A stretch of DNA of 64,000 nt from an uncultured Methanomicrobiales archaeon (GTDB taxonomy: Archaea; Halobacteriota; Methanomicrobia; Methanomicrobiales; Methanospirillaceae). Both the position numbers and the translations under genes were made by a program. The notes below the pieces were generated by a model. That model was not told the origin of the DNA, made no database searches, and saw nothing but the letters and a program-made list of their open reading frames with translations. How positions within the stretch are numbered: the stretch's first letter is position 1; each line of letters starts with the position of its first letter. The stretch is taken from the NCBI GenBank assembly GCA_963758915.1, contig CAVWXH010000010.1, positions 96,001 to 160,000 on the forward strand, in the 5' to 3' direction. Shown piece by piece: positions 42,752-52,061 of the stretch.

Positions 42752-43419
42752 TAGCTCTTTCCGCGATTAACCATGGGGTCCTCAATATTCCATCCCTCCA
42801 GATCCCTCCGGGTTCTACCGCGATAATCGGACCGAACGGGAGTGGAAAAACCACGCTGTTACAGATCATTGCAGGTATAACTTCCCCGCACCGGGGTTCC
42901 GTTTCAATTGATGGAAAAAGCCCTGCGGCGGTCAATACCGGGTGGCTGAACGAATACCCTGACCGGAACCTCCTGTTCGGGACTGTTTCGGACGAGATCG
43001 CGTCCCCGCTCCGGTTCAGGCATGACCCATGCCCGGATGTAGGGGGGCGGGTGGAAAGCGTTGCGCAGGATGCCGGCATCAGCCACCTTCTGGGCAGGCT
43101 GACACGTGACCTGTCCGGCGGGGAGAAGGTCCTGGTCTCCCTGGCTACGGCGATGGTGACGAGACCTCTCGTCCTGGTACTTGATGAGTCTGACTCTCAC
43201 CTTGACGAGGAGAGTACCAGCACCCTGTCCCGGCTGACCAGGGACTCGCAGGCGTTGTACGTCGTGTGGTGTACACAGAACATGGAACTGGCAACGCGTG
43301 CCGATCATGTCATTCTCCTTGAAGGGGGTTTTGTTACCCGAAGCGGCACACCCCTGGAAGTTTTTTCCCATTTATCAGGGGACTGCCTGTACCCCCTCTC
43401 CTGGAGGCTTTCCCATTGA
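42748..43419 (+). CDS. ECF transporter ATPase A
   Basis: GPNGSGKTT, LSGGE, LDE. Confidence 0.88.
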   Translation: MIALSAINHGVLNIPSLQIPPGSTAIIGPNGSGKTTLLQIIAGITSPHRGSVSIDGKSPAAVNTGWLNEYPDRNLLFGTVSDEIASPLRFRHDPCPDVGGRVESVAQDAGISHLLGRLTRDLSGGEKVLVSLATAMVTRPLVLVLDESDSHLDEESTSTLSRLTRDSQALYVVWCTQNMELATRADHVILLEGGFVTRSGTPLEVFSHLSGDCLYPLSWRLSH

Positions 43420-44114
43420 CTCTCACCTTTGAAGAGGTCAGTTATCAGCGGGGCCAGTTCCGGTTCACCGCGAACGGAATATTCGATGAGGGGGTCCACC
43501 TCGTCAGCGGGTTGGTGGGGAGCGGAAAATCTACGCTGGCGTTTATCGCATCAGGCCTGGTACCACCTGGAACGGGTTCTGTTCATCGGACTGGAATTCG
43601 GAAATCTCTCCTGTCCATGCAGTTCCCCGAGTACCACACGACCGGGATCAGTGTAAACGATGAGATCCGATCGTGGGGCCTTGACCCGGATTCAATCCTT
43701 GCGTCCACCCGGCTTTCTGCCCGCGGGGAGCAGGACGTGAATGTACTCTCACGCGGGGAACTGAAACGTCTGCACCTCGGGTGTGTACTCTCTGCTGATT
43801 CGGACCTCCTCATACTTGATGAACCGTTCAGTGCCCTTGACTGTCGTGAAAAAAGGGTGATCTGCAGGAGTATAACGGAGCGCGGGCATGGGACGGTAAT
43901 AATCTGCACGCATGAACAGACCTGGCTCCCCCCGGTGGACTGTATCTGGGAGATGAAGGAAGGGACCCTTGTTTCATGCGGACGTGTACCGGCGGCTATC
44001 ACCCGGTGGAGCCTTGTACCACGTCATATCCGGGACCTCCTGGAACGGGGTCTGGTGCCGGGGAATATCTCTCCGGAAGCGGTCAAGGAGGCCACATGCA
44101 GGACCCGAGAATAA
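43416..44114 (+). CDS. ECF transporter ATPase A'
   Basis: GLVGSGKST, QFPE, LSRGE, LDEPF. Confidence 0.88.
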   Translation: MTLTFEEVSYQRGQFRFTANGIFDEGVHLVSGLVGSGKSTLAFIASGLVPPGTGSVHRTGIRKSLLSMQFPEYHTTGISVNDEIRSWGLDPDSILASTRLSARGEQDVNVLSRGELKRLHLGCVLSADSDLLILDEPFSALDCREKRVICRSITERGHGTVIICTHEQTWLPPVDCIWEMKEGTLVSCGRVPAAITRWSLVPRHIRDLLERGLVPGNISPEAVKEATCRTRE

Positions 44115-44743
44115 GGATACTTGTCATTATCGTGCTCTCGGTGGCGGCGTTTATCAGCATTGCCGGGGCCGCGCTTGCTTTCCTGTACTGGATCTGCCTT
44201 CCCGGGAGGTTCCGGTGTATAAAAAGACCAGCGGCCATCCTTTTTCTCTCCATGATCATAGTGGTCTCGGTAATTACCGAGTTCACAACCGGGAACGGCC
44301 TGTCATATTTCATCCGTATGGCGGTCATTCTTCTGCTCGCACTCTACGCCTATACCGCGTATGTCCCGGGAGAATTCTTCAGGGTATCAGTATGGCTCTT
44401 TGGGCCGCGTGGTTTTGATCCGGGTTTAATTGCAGAGATGAGCATGGAGGCCCTGAATGACCTTGAAGATGACAGTTCGAAAATACGGATCGCACTCCGC
44501 CAGAAGGGAGTACCTCTGGGTTTTCACACCCTTGTACCGGTAATCGGGATGTTTGTACTGAACCAGATCCGGCGTGCACATGACCAGGCAGACCTCCTCA
44601 CCGTGCGGGGATACAGGAACGGAGGTACCCTCTGCCCACGGTTCCATCCTGAGATCCTGGATTATGTCAGCGGGATCGTGGCGATCTGTATGTTATTCAT
44701 TGCAATCCTCCCGGTTCGTGATATTTTTATACTTCTACATTGA
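44096..44743 (+). CDS. ECF transporter T component
   Basis: TM helices; ALRQKG and LTVRGY EcfT motifs. Confidence 0.8.
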   Translation: MQDPRIRILVIIVLSVAAFISIAGAALAFLYWICLPGRFRCIKRPAAILFLSMIIVVSVITEFTTGNGLSYFIRMAVILLLALYAYTAYVPGEFFRVSVWLFGPRGFDPGLIAEMSMEALNDLEDDSSKIRIALRQKGVPLGFHTLVPVIGMFVLNQIRRAHDQADLLTVRGYRNGGTLCPRFHPEILDYVSGIVAICMLFIAILPVRDIFILLH

Positions 44744-44806
44744 ACTTTTGTGAGGCTTTAGCTTGTCAATATGCGGCAAGTTCCCGCATTCCATCTGAGG
44801 TGCAGA

Positions 44807-46543
44807 ATGAGTGTTGCCGGTCCACAAAAATTACTAATCACGGATACTACGCTGAGAGACGCACACCAGTCTCTTATTGCGACCAGGATGCGGACTGATG
44901 ATATGCTCTCCTTAGCAAAGGAGATCGATAATATCGGCTTTTTTTCAGTGGAAGCATGGGGTGGCGCGACGTTTGATACCGCGATCCGGTTCCTCGCGGA
45001 AGACCCGTGGGAACGGCTCAGCCTCTTAAAGGCCGAGCTGAAAAGGACCCCGATCCAGATGCTGCTCCGCGGCCAGAACCTTGTCGGGTACCGCCATTAC
45101 TCTGACGATGTGGTTGATAAATTCGTAGAACTCTCATGGAAAAACGGTGTGGATGTCTTCCGGGTATTTGACGCACTGAACGATATCCGGAACATGGAAC
45201 GGTCCATTGCGAAGGTAAAGGACGTCGGGGCCCATCTCCAGTGCGCTATCAGCTATACAACAAGCCCGGTCCATACCACGAAGACATTTATCGAAATGTC
45301 CAAGGAGCTCTATGCAAAAGATTGTGATTCGATCTGTATCAAGGACATGGCCGGGCTCATCATGCCGAAGTCCGCCCGCGAGCTGATCTCGGGTATAAAA
45401 GATGAGATTGATATCAAGGTGTGCCTCCACAGCCATTCAACGAGTGGCATTGCACCCATGAGTTACCAGGCAGCGATCGATGCCGGCGTTGATATCCTGG
45501 ATACGGCGATGTCCCCGTTTTCGCTCGGGACTTCACAGCCCCCGACCGAAAGTATTGTTGCCTCGCTGGAGGGCACCCGGAGGGATACGGGAATAGACCT
45601 TATTGCCCTTCGTAAATTGAGAAATGCCTGCCTGAAGATAAGGGGGCGCTACGAGGGACTTATCAACCCGATATCAGAGCGTGTGGATAGTGACGTCCTG
45701 ATTTACCAGCTGCCCGGGGGCATGATCTCGAACCTCGTTTCACAGTTACAGGAACAAAACGCCCTCGACCGGATGGACGATGTCTTCTCCGAGATACCGA
45801 AGGTACGAGAGGACCTGGGGTACCCGCCTCTTGTTACGCCGACCTCGCAGATTGTCGGTACGCAGGCCGTTATGAATGTACTGATGGGCGGACGGTACAA
45901 GAACGTGACAAACGAGGTGAAAGATTACGTACGGGGCCTGTACGGGCGTTCTCCAGCCCCGATTAGTGACGGGATCCGTCGAGAGATCATCGGGGATGAA
46001 ACGGTTATTACGGTCCGCCCGGCAGATCTGCTCCCTCCCTCCTATGCGAAAATGAAAGAAGAGGCGATCAAAGCGGGCCTTGTGAAAAAGGAAGAAGACG
46101 TGCTCACCTATATCCTGTACCCGGCCATCGCCCCCTCGTTTTTGAAGGGGGAGCGGATCGCCGAGGTAATCCCCTCGAAGAAGGCACCGGTTGCAGGGAT
46201 TCCCGAGATGCCAAGCTCCATGGAAGTGGAAGTTGACGGGGAGATCTTCTCCGTGCGCATTGTCTCGGTTGAAGGGAGCACGGTGGAAAAGTCGGGTTCC
46301 CCGGTGCCGAAGATCCCCCGCGGGGATATCCGGGGCGGTATCAAGAGTAACATGCAGGGGATGGTCCTTGAAGTAGCGGTCAGCCAGGGTGCAGAAGTCA
46401 AAAAAGGAGACCTTCTCGTTGTGCTCGAGGCAATGAAAATGGAAAACCCGATCCACTCCCCTGTTGACGGACACGTTACTGAAATCTTTGTTGATGCCGG
46501 AGACGTCGTCCAGAACGGCGATGTCCTCCTGGTGGTGGAATGA
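44807..46543 (+). CDS. pycB: Pyruvate carboxylase subunit B (carboxyltransferase + biotin carrier)
   Basis: TLRDAHQSL, WGGATFD, KDMAG, EAMKME. Confidence 0.95.
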   Translation: MSVAGPQKLLITDTTLRDAHQSLIATRMRTDDMLSLAKEIDNIGFFSVEAWGGATFDTAIRFLAEDPWERLSLLKAELKRTPIQMLLRGQNLVGYRHYSDDVVDKFVELSWKNGVDVFRVFDALNDIRNMERSIAKVKDVGAHLQCAISYTTSPVHTTKTFIEMSKELYAKDCDSICIKDMAGLIMPKSARELISGIKDEIDIKVCLHSHSTSGIAPMSYQAAIDAGVDILDTAMSPFSLGTSQPPTESIVASLEGTRRDTGIDLIALRKLRNACLKIRGRYEGLINPISERVDSDVLIYQLPGGMISNLVSQLQEQNALDRMDDVFSEIPKVREDLGYPPLVTPTSQIVGTQAVMNVLMGGRYKNVTNEVKDYVRGLYGRSPAPISDGIRREIIGDETVITVRPADLLPPSYAKMKEEAIKAGLVKKEEDVLTYILYPAIAPSFLKGERIAEVIPSKKAPVAGIPEMPSSMEVEVDGEIFSVRIVSVEGSTVEKSGSPVPKIPRGDIRGGIKSNMQGMVLEVAVSQGAEVKKGDLLVVLEAMKMENPIHSPVDGHVTEIFVDAGDVVQNGDVLLVVE

Positions 46544-48021
46544 AATTTTTTGAGAAGATACTGGTCGCAAACCGGGGCGAGATTGCGATACGGGTGATGC
46601 GGGCCTGCCGTGAGCTGGGAGTGGAAACCGTCGCGATCTATTCTGATGCCGATATAAACTCCCTCCATGTAAAATATGCAGATGAGGCATTCCCTGTTGG
46701 CGAAGCCCCGCCATCCAAGAGTTATTTAAATATTGACCGGATCCTCGAGGTCGCAAAAAAATCAGGAGCTGAAGCGGTACATCCTGGATATGGGTTCCTC
46801 GCTGAAAATTATCGGTTTGCCCACCGTTGCCAGGAAGAGGGTGTGATCTTCATCGGGCCGTCATGGCAGACGATCGAGATGATGGGTTCGAAGATCGGGT
46901 CAAAGAAAACAATGCGGGATGTCGGTGTACCGGTGGTCCCCGGAACAGAGGGCGGAGTCCGGGATGCTGACGAAGCCCGGAAAATTTCGGCGGAAATCGG
47001 GTACCCGGTCCTTGTAAAGGCAAGTGCAGGTGGCGGCGGCATTGGCATGCAGATTGTCGAGGACGAGGCAGGCCTTGAAGATGCAATCAATGCAGGGATG
47101 CGGATCGCCGGGTCTGCCTTCGGGGACTCCACCGTATTTATCGAGAAGTACCTGGTGAAGCCCCGCCATATTGAGTTCCAGATCCTCGCAGATGAACACG
47201 GTCACACGGTCCACCTCTTTGAAAGGGAGTGTTCCATCCAGCGCCGGCACCAGAAACTGGTGGAAGAGTCCCCCTGCCCGATCATGACCGACGAACTGAG
47301 GGAACGGATGGCGGCCTCTGCCATCGCGGTTGCAAAGGCATCAGATTATACCAATGCCGGTACTGTTGAGTTCCTTTACAGCAACGGTAACTACTATTTC
47401 ATGGAGATGAACACAAGGCTGCAGGTTGAGCATACCATTACCGAGCTGGTGACCGGGATCGATATCGTCAAACAACAACTGGCAATCGCTGCAGGTGAAC
47501 AGATCCCCTTCGGGCAGGACAACATCTCGATCCGGGGCCATGCAATCGAATGCCGTATCAACGCAGAAGATCCGCTCAACAATTTTGCGGCTGACCCCGG
47601 AAAGATTGTCAGGTACAGGTCCCCCGGAGGTCCGGGTGTCCGCCTTGACTCTGGAATTCACGTTGGCTATGCGATCCCGACGAACTATGACTCGATGATC
47701 TCGAAGCTCTGTACGTACGGGTGCAACCGGATGGAAGCGATCGAACGGATGAGGCGGGCGATTTACGAGTACGTGATTATCGGGGTGAAAACAACGCTCC
47801 CCCTCCACCATGCGATTATGCATAACAAGCAGTTCGTCGAAGGGAACACGCATACCGGGTTCCTCCTTGAGGAACACATCGCAAAAACCCTGAACCGGTA
47901 TGTCCGCGAGGAAGAGACCCGTATCCAGACTCTTGGGGCCTCCCTCAGGCAGGGAAAGGAAGTTGCAGCAATCTCCGCAGCGGTCAATGTCTACCTGCAC
48001 CATAAAAAAAATGCGGGGTAA
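46540..48021 (+). CDS. pycA: Pyruvate carboxylase subunit A (biotin carboxylase)
   Basis: ANRGEIA, HPGYGFLAEN, RECSIQRRHQK, EMNTRLQVEH. Confidence 0.95.
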   Translation: MKFFEKILVANRGEIAIRVMRACRELGVETVAIYSDADINSLHVKYADEAFPVGEAPPSKSYLNIDRILEVAKKSGAEAVHPGYGFLAENYRFAHRCQEEGVIFIGPSWQTIEMMGSKIGSKKTMRDVGVPVVPGTEGGVRDADEARKISAEIGYPVLVKASAGGGGIGMQIVEDEAGLEDAINAGMRIAGSAFGDSTVFIEKYLVKPRHIEFQILADEHGHTVHLFERECSIQRRHQKLVEESPCPIMTDELRERMAASAIAVAKASDYTNAGTVEFLYSNGNYYFMEMNTRLQVEHTITELVTGIDIVKQQLAIAAGEQIPFGQDNISIRGHAIECRINAEDPLNNFAADPGKIVRYRSPGGPGVRLDSGIHVGYAIPTNYDSMISKLCTYGCNRMEAIERMRRAIYEYVIIGVKTTLPLHHAIMHNKQFVEGNTHTGFLLEEHIAKTLNRYVREEETRIQTLGASLRQGKEVAAISAAVNVYLHHKKNAG

Positions 48022-48151
48022 CCCCCGGAAATCTTAAAATTCCTGTTTTTTGATGTTTCAATACGAATACCTATAGTCACACGCCCTGTTTCTCCTCCTG
48101 TATCAGAACCTTTAATAGCGCAAAAATCCTTCTTGTTATGCACTTTTGTGC

Positions 48152-48264
48152 GCTGCGGTGGCCTAGCTGGTTAGGGCGCCAGACTCATAGGGTTTTCGAG
48201 CAAATTCATTGGCGCCGTCATCTGAGACATCTGGAGGTCGCGGGTTCGGATCCCGTCCGCAGCA
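48152..48264 (+). tRNA. Elongator tRNA-Met(CAU) with ~39-nt intron at 37/38 (48190-48228)
   Basis: GCTGCGG/CCGCAGC acceptor, CCAGA-CTCATA | intron | A-TCTGG, GTTCGGATC. Confidence 0.92.
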
Positions 48265-48609
48265 TATACACGGCAAGTACGGAGCCCCCATTTTTTTACT
48301 GATTTTTGCAACCTTTTTTGCATGTCTGAAGTATTTCGGATAAAATCTGTGGCTGATATTGCATCGGCGCTGTTTTCATGGTGTCCAATATCGCTGATGT
48401 GGAAGCATTGGCGTTTTTATTTACGGGTGTTGTGCTTCTCGGAGGGGTCGCGGACCCCCCGGCCGCACGGGCCGCCGCCCCGATGTTGTCCCAGGATTAT
48501 GATCGCAAAAATAAATCTGGATATGAAAGATCGTTCGCACCACTGCCGAGGCCATCGGGCCTCGTCTCCGAGGTGCTCCCTGGTTTAGTGGTTGACCAGA
48601 TATAGGAGA

Positions 48610-49180
48610 CGGGCATCATGTTCGCTCCCTCGTTTCCTCACTCCACTTCGTTCCGTTCCGGGCCTCCTCCGCTCACTTCATGCCCTGGTTCTTCTGAATA
48701 TACCGGGGTGATACTGACGGCCAAGACTTCGTCGCGATGCTCCTCGTCATCGCCTGTTTCCTTCACGCTCCGGGACACATGGCTGATGCCATCGGTCCCG
48801 TTCGCTGTGTTCTGTTGAAGTGTAGACGCTCCGTGACTCCCTCGCTTCGCTCGGTCGGGCCGCTTGGCCCTTGATTATCTAAAATTAATATCGGCTGCTT
48901 ACCGTTAGCACTTGCAGCCTGTACGGAAAGGAGGGAGCACAGACCCGGTTGATACCGTGTCACCTCCGAGTGCTCCCACCGCCCTCTGATGAATCAGGAT
49001 ATGGTCTGGACAGGAAATGCAGACAGGGCGGGAAGGCAGCCCGGTTACGGACTGCATCAGCAGGCCGTCGGAGCTGTCGGGTGGGCGTGGTCAGGCAAAT
49101 GAGATCCCGGAACTACCACCCGTAGGGGTGGCGCTCGATGGCCGGGCCATCAGGACCGGACCGTGCGACGCCCCGCAGGG
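48610..49180. repeat. Long structured non-coding element, copy A (inverted relative to copy B)
   Basis: 48610-48839 is roughly 85-90% identical (by eye) to the reverse complement of 51788-52016; colinear motif blocks continue to 49180. Confidence 0.9.
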
Positions 49181-49281
49181 AAAAATTTGTCCTGGTCGAT
49201 AATCTGATAAGAAAAGGGAAGCAATAGATTAACCGACCGTAGCCGGTTAATATGCGTTTGTGGCACTTCGACCGGCTGCGG

Positions 49282-49476
49282 TTACTTGTTCCTGTTCTCC
49301 CTGATAAATTCCATAAAGTCCTCTTCACTGACCCGCCACTCGATGCCGATTTTTATCGCTCCCAGCCGCTTTTTTAAAATCAGTGTCCTGACTGTCTGGA
49401 CATGGAGATGCAGCATCGCAGCCACTTCCTCTGTCGTATAAAATTTATGAGGTGGGGGTTGAGCCACGTTAGCCAT
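49282..49476 (-). CDS. Excisionase-family (HTH_17) DNA-binding protein
   Basis: FYTTEEVAAMLHLHVQTVRTLI...AIKIGIEWRV. Confidence 0.88.
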   Translation of the reverse strand: MANVAQPPPHKFYTTEEVAAMLHLHVQTVRTLILKKRLGAIKIGIEWRVSEEDFMEFIRENRNK

Positions 49477-49482
49477 TAGTAC

Positions 49483-49923
49483 TCAGTCCTCCCCAGGAAG
49501 CATAACAGTTATGACCGGCTCGTAGTCATCGCCGGGTCCGCAGATTGCTTTGAGTTCTACGGTCTCGCTGCTCCTGTGGTGTATGATACCGGTTGCCCTG
49601 GCTCTCTTCTGCAGTAGTTCGAAGGCCACACGGAATATGATAACACTGCTGCCTCGTGATTTATTCGCCGCCATTCGCAACATCCAGAGCAGGTCCCAAA
49701 GTCTGCCGGTCAGGTCCTGGTCGGGCATCTCGGGAAGATACGAGGGTTCGATGTACTGATACCAGGCTGCCCGGGTGAGTGCGACCGGTACCGAGATCCC
49801 GGCCTGCCTGGTGAGGTCCCGGGGTGCTGCGATTAATTCGCCATCGTTCAGGGCATCGTCCCGGGTGTATCTGCTGATGATGTCCTCCTCGGTCCAGAAT
49901 GGAGAAGGGGTTGAGGTGGTCAT
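49483..49923 (-). CDS. DUF6573-like mobile-element protein
   Basis: ISRYTRDDALNDG, PVALTRAAW, GRLWDLL, GPGDD.EPVITVMLPGED. Confidence 0.75.
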   Translation of the reverse strand: MTTSTPSPFWTEEDIISRYTRDDALNDGELIAAPRDLTRQAGISVPVALTRAAWYQYIEPSYLPEMPDQDLTGRLWDLLWMLRMAANKSRGSSVIIFRVAFELLQKRARATGIIHHRSSETVELKAICGPGDDYEPVITVMLPGED

Positions 49924-50129
49924 ACCCGACCACCCCGGAGACGTGGTTTCCCGTTAGTAAAACCAGGCCGGATAATAATATCGTGAGGGGACACTTTCGA
50001 CCACATCCAGCCCATATTATGATTATGTGCATACACAGCAGCGAAATCAACCGCAGCACTATGATCGATGCACTCGGCGATGAGCTGAGGACCAACACCA
50101 CGATTGACAAAAATTTTGTATTCCATCAT
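49920..50129 (-). CDS. Hypothetical protein (69 aa)
   Basis: MMEYKIFVNRG...; starts in a TAATG overlap and ends in an ATGA overlap. Confidence 0.55.
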   Translation of the reverse strand: MMEYKIFVNRGVGPQLIAECIDHSAAVDFAAVYAHNHNMGWMWSKVSPHDIIIRPGFTNGKPRLRGGRV

Positions 50130-50462
50130 TACACCTCGGCGTGATGGCCACAGGCTCGGACAGTTGTATCCTGCGAGATAGTACACGGACCCAATCCGCT
50201 CAGTTTCACCCTGGTATTCGATGCCGATCATATGATGTTCAGGAGGGACTATTTCACCGCAGCTTTCGCACCGCTCCTCGTCATCGGGAATATCCCCTAA
50301 TACCTTTGAAATATTCCTGTTTTTCTGGGTGCAAAACTGGCAGATACCTTGTCCTTCTGAGTATATCCACGGGCAACGGGGGCATTCCTGATGTTCCCGC
50401 CGAAGTCGCAATGATGAAATATTCTTTTTAATCCGGGCAACCAGAAGGGAGAGGGAGGTCAT
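50129..50462 (-). pseudogene. Cys-rich Zn-finger protein with +1 frameshift at ~50153
   Basis: CPRC, CQFC, CESC; removing one base restores YNCPSCGHHAEV* with TAATG coupling. Confidence 0.6.
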
Positions 50463-50816
50463 ACCCTCGCCTCCTCTGCATGGTCCCGGTCCCATTGTTT
50501 AGAAAACTCTGCAATTGCCTGAGCCCTTGAACGGTTGGCCTCGACCACTTTCAGGAGATCTTCGAATTCTCCTGCACTCCTGCTACCGCATATCCGGCAG
50601 CGGAAACAGTGTTCGTAATATTCGTCCTCGATGATTTCGAGGTCCTCCAGCCTGCAGCACATTTCAGGCCACCCCGTATACTTTCGCGATTTCTTCGGCC
50701 TGACACCGCAGGTCCTGAGCTTCATAGCTCAGGAGATCGGATTGTTTCTGAAGATTGGCCGCTTCATCACGGAGGGAGGAGATCATTAATCCGGCGAATA
50801 CCGGGACCTTCTTCAT
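50459..50816 (-). pseudogene. Coiled-coil/Cys protein with +1 frameshift at ~50668
   Basis: MKKVPVF...KVYG joins PEMCCR...CRICG; 358 nt = 3n+1; ATGA overlaps at both ends. Confidence 0.55.
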
Positions 50817-51202
50817 GCTGACACCGCCAGAGGTGCTGCCTGTTCGGATACCTGGGTGATAGGTTCCCATGTGATTGTGGAAATGTTCGCAAACTTCCGT
50901 GAGCCTGCGATCGCTGCCCGGATATGTGAGAGCGGGGAGATATATCGCCTGCCGTGTATGTCGTACATGACCGCCCGGCCGGACGCGTTGATCCATGCCT
51001 GCCCTGCTTCTGTTGGTTCGCCGGACCCGGACCAGACCGGGGTCATGTCCCAGACGGTAACCCGTGCCAGGTCCCCGGTGAGCCGGGAAACATCGGAGCG
51101 GGCTATCGCTGCCTGTATGATTTTCACATCTATTCTCAACATGCCGCCGGACAGTTTCACGGTCCCGACGTGCTGAATTTTGGCAAAAAGCGTTTGTGGC
51201 AC
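50813..51202 (-). CDS. Hypothetical mobile-element protein
   Basis: 129 aa; first gene of the coupled operon; GQAWINASGRAV. Confidence 0.6.
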   Translation of the reverse strand: MPQTLFAKIQHVGTVKLSGGMLRIDVKIIQAAIARSDVSRLTGDLARVTVWDMTPVWSGSGEPTEAGQAWINASGRAVMYDIHGRRYISPLSHIRAAIAGSRKFANISTITWEPITQVSEQAAPLAVSA

Positions 51203-51320
51203 TTCATTTCACCACGTATAATATTAGGCGGGTGATGTTATAAGACAGCGCCATGCACGGTGTGAAAGTGAATCGCATTATATCGCAGCGTATAGTGTTG
51301 TGATATAAAACATGCGGTCG

Positions 51321-52016
51321 CCCTTCGGGAAGGCCCACTGCCGGCCTCCGGCCGTCTCCGAGGGCCTTCCCTCCGGGTATGTTGTCCTGGGATCTCTGTC
51401 GCTCCTCAACACCGCGACGGTCTGCCGACCGTAACCGGGTGTTGTCGTCGCTGGTTGTTGTTGTCCTGGTGCCGGGTGAAATATTACAGGACCAAAACAC
51501 GCTGTCGCTCCTCGGCACCTCGACCTCGCTCCGCTCGGTAACCGGGTGCCTCGTCGCTGGGTCTGGTGCTCCCCAACCCAACCCTATCATGTTTTGTCGG
51601 GCCGTCGAAGGTGGCACGGTCTCAGCCGGGCCTCGGCCTCCACAAGTAGCTCGCAAGCGTTAGCGGAAAGCGGGCGATTTTATATTCAATCCAGGCCAAG
51701 CGGCCCGAGTGAACGCCGCTAATGGGGTGCGAAGGTAACGAGACGTTCTCAAACGGCTCGTCCGAGCCCCACATGCGTCGCGTGAACGAGTCACCGAGCG
51801 TCTGCACTTGCACGGTAATCAGCGAACGGGACCGATGGCATCAGCCATGTGTCCCGGAGCGTGAGTTTCAGGCGATGACGAGGAGCACCGCGAGGAAGTC
51901 TTTGCCGTCAGTGTCACCCCGGAACAATCATGAAAAACCAGGGCATGAAGTGAGCGGAGGAGGCCCGGAACGGAACGCAGTGGAGTGAGGACACGAGGGA
52001 GCGAATATTATGCCCG
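51321..52016. repeat. Long structured non-coding element, copy B
   Basis: Inverted homolog of 48610-49180; contains an internal 106-bp duplication (51396/51502). Confidence 0.9.
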
Positions 52017-52061
52017 GTAAAATAAGGAGTATATTGTGAATTAGTTCAACTCATTTGTAAA

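Noticed and set aside
48300-49330. Short ORFs (48322, 48378, 48618, 48763, 49017, 49113) and ORFs at 51204-51988
   Set aside because: Reading frames are not preserved between the homologous copies and the translations are low-complexity; the region behaves as structured non-coding DNA
49920-50495. Single 191-aa ORF from the ORF track
   Set aside because: Better explained as two coupled genes fused by a +1 insertion; correcting it restores CPSC and a TAATG overlap
51720-51790. Group II intron domain V (GAGCCGT on the minus strand)
   Set aside because: The rest of the domain V/VI pattern, the GTGCG 5' end and any reverse transcriptase are missing
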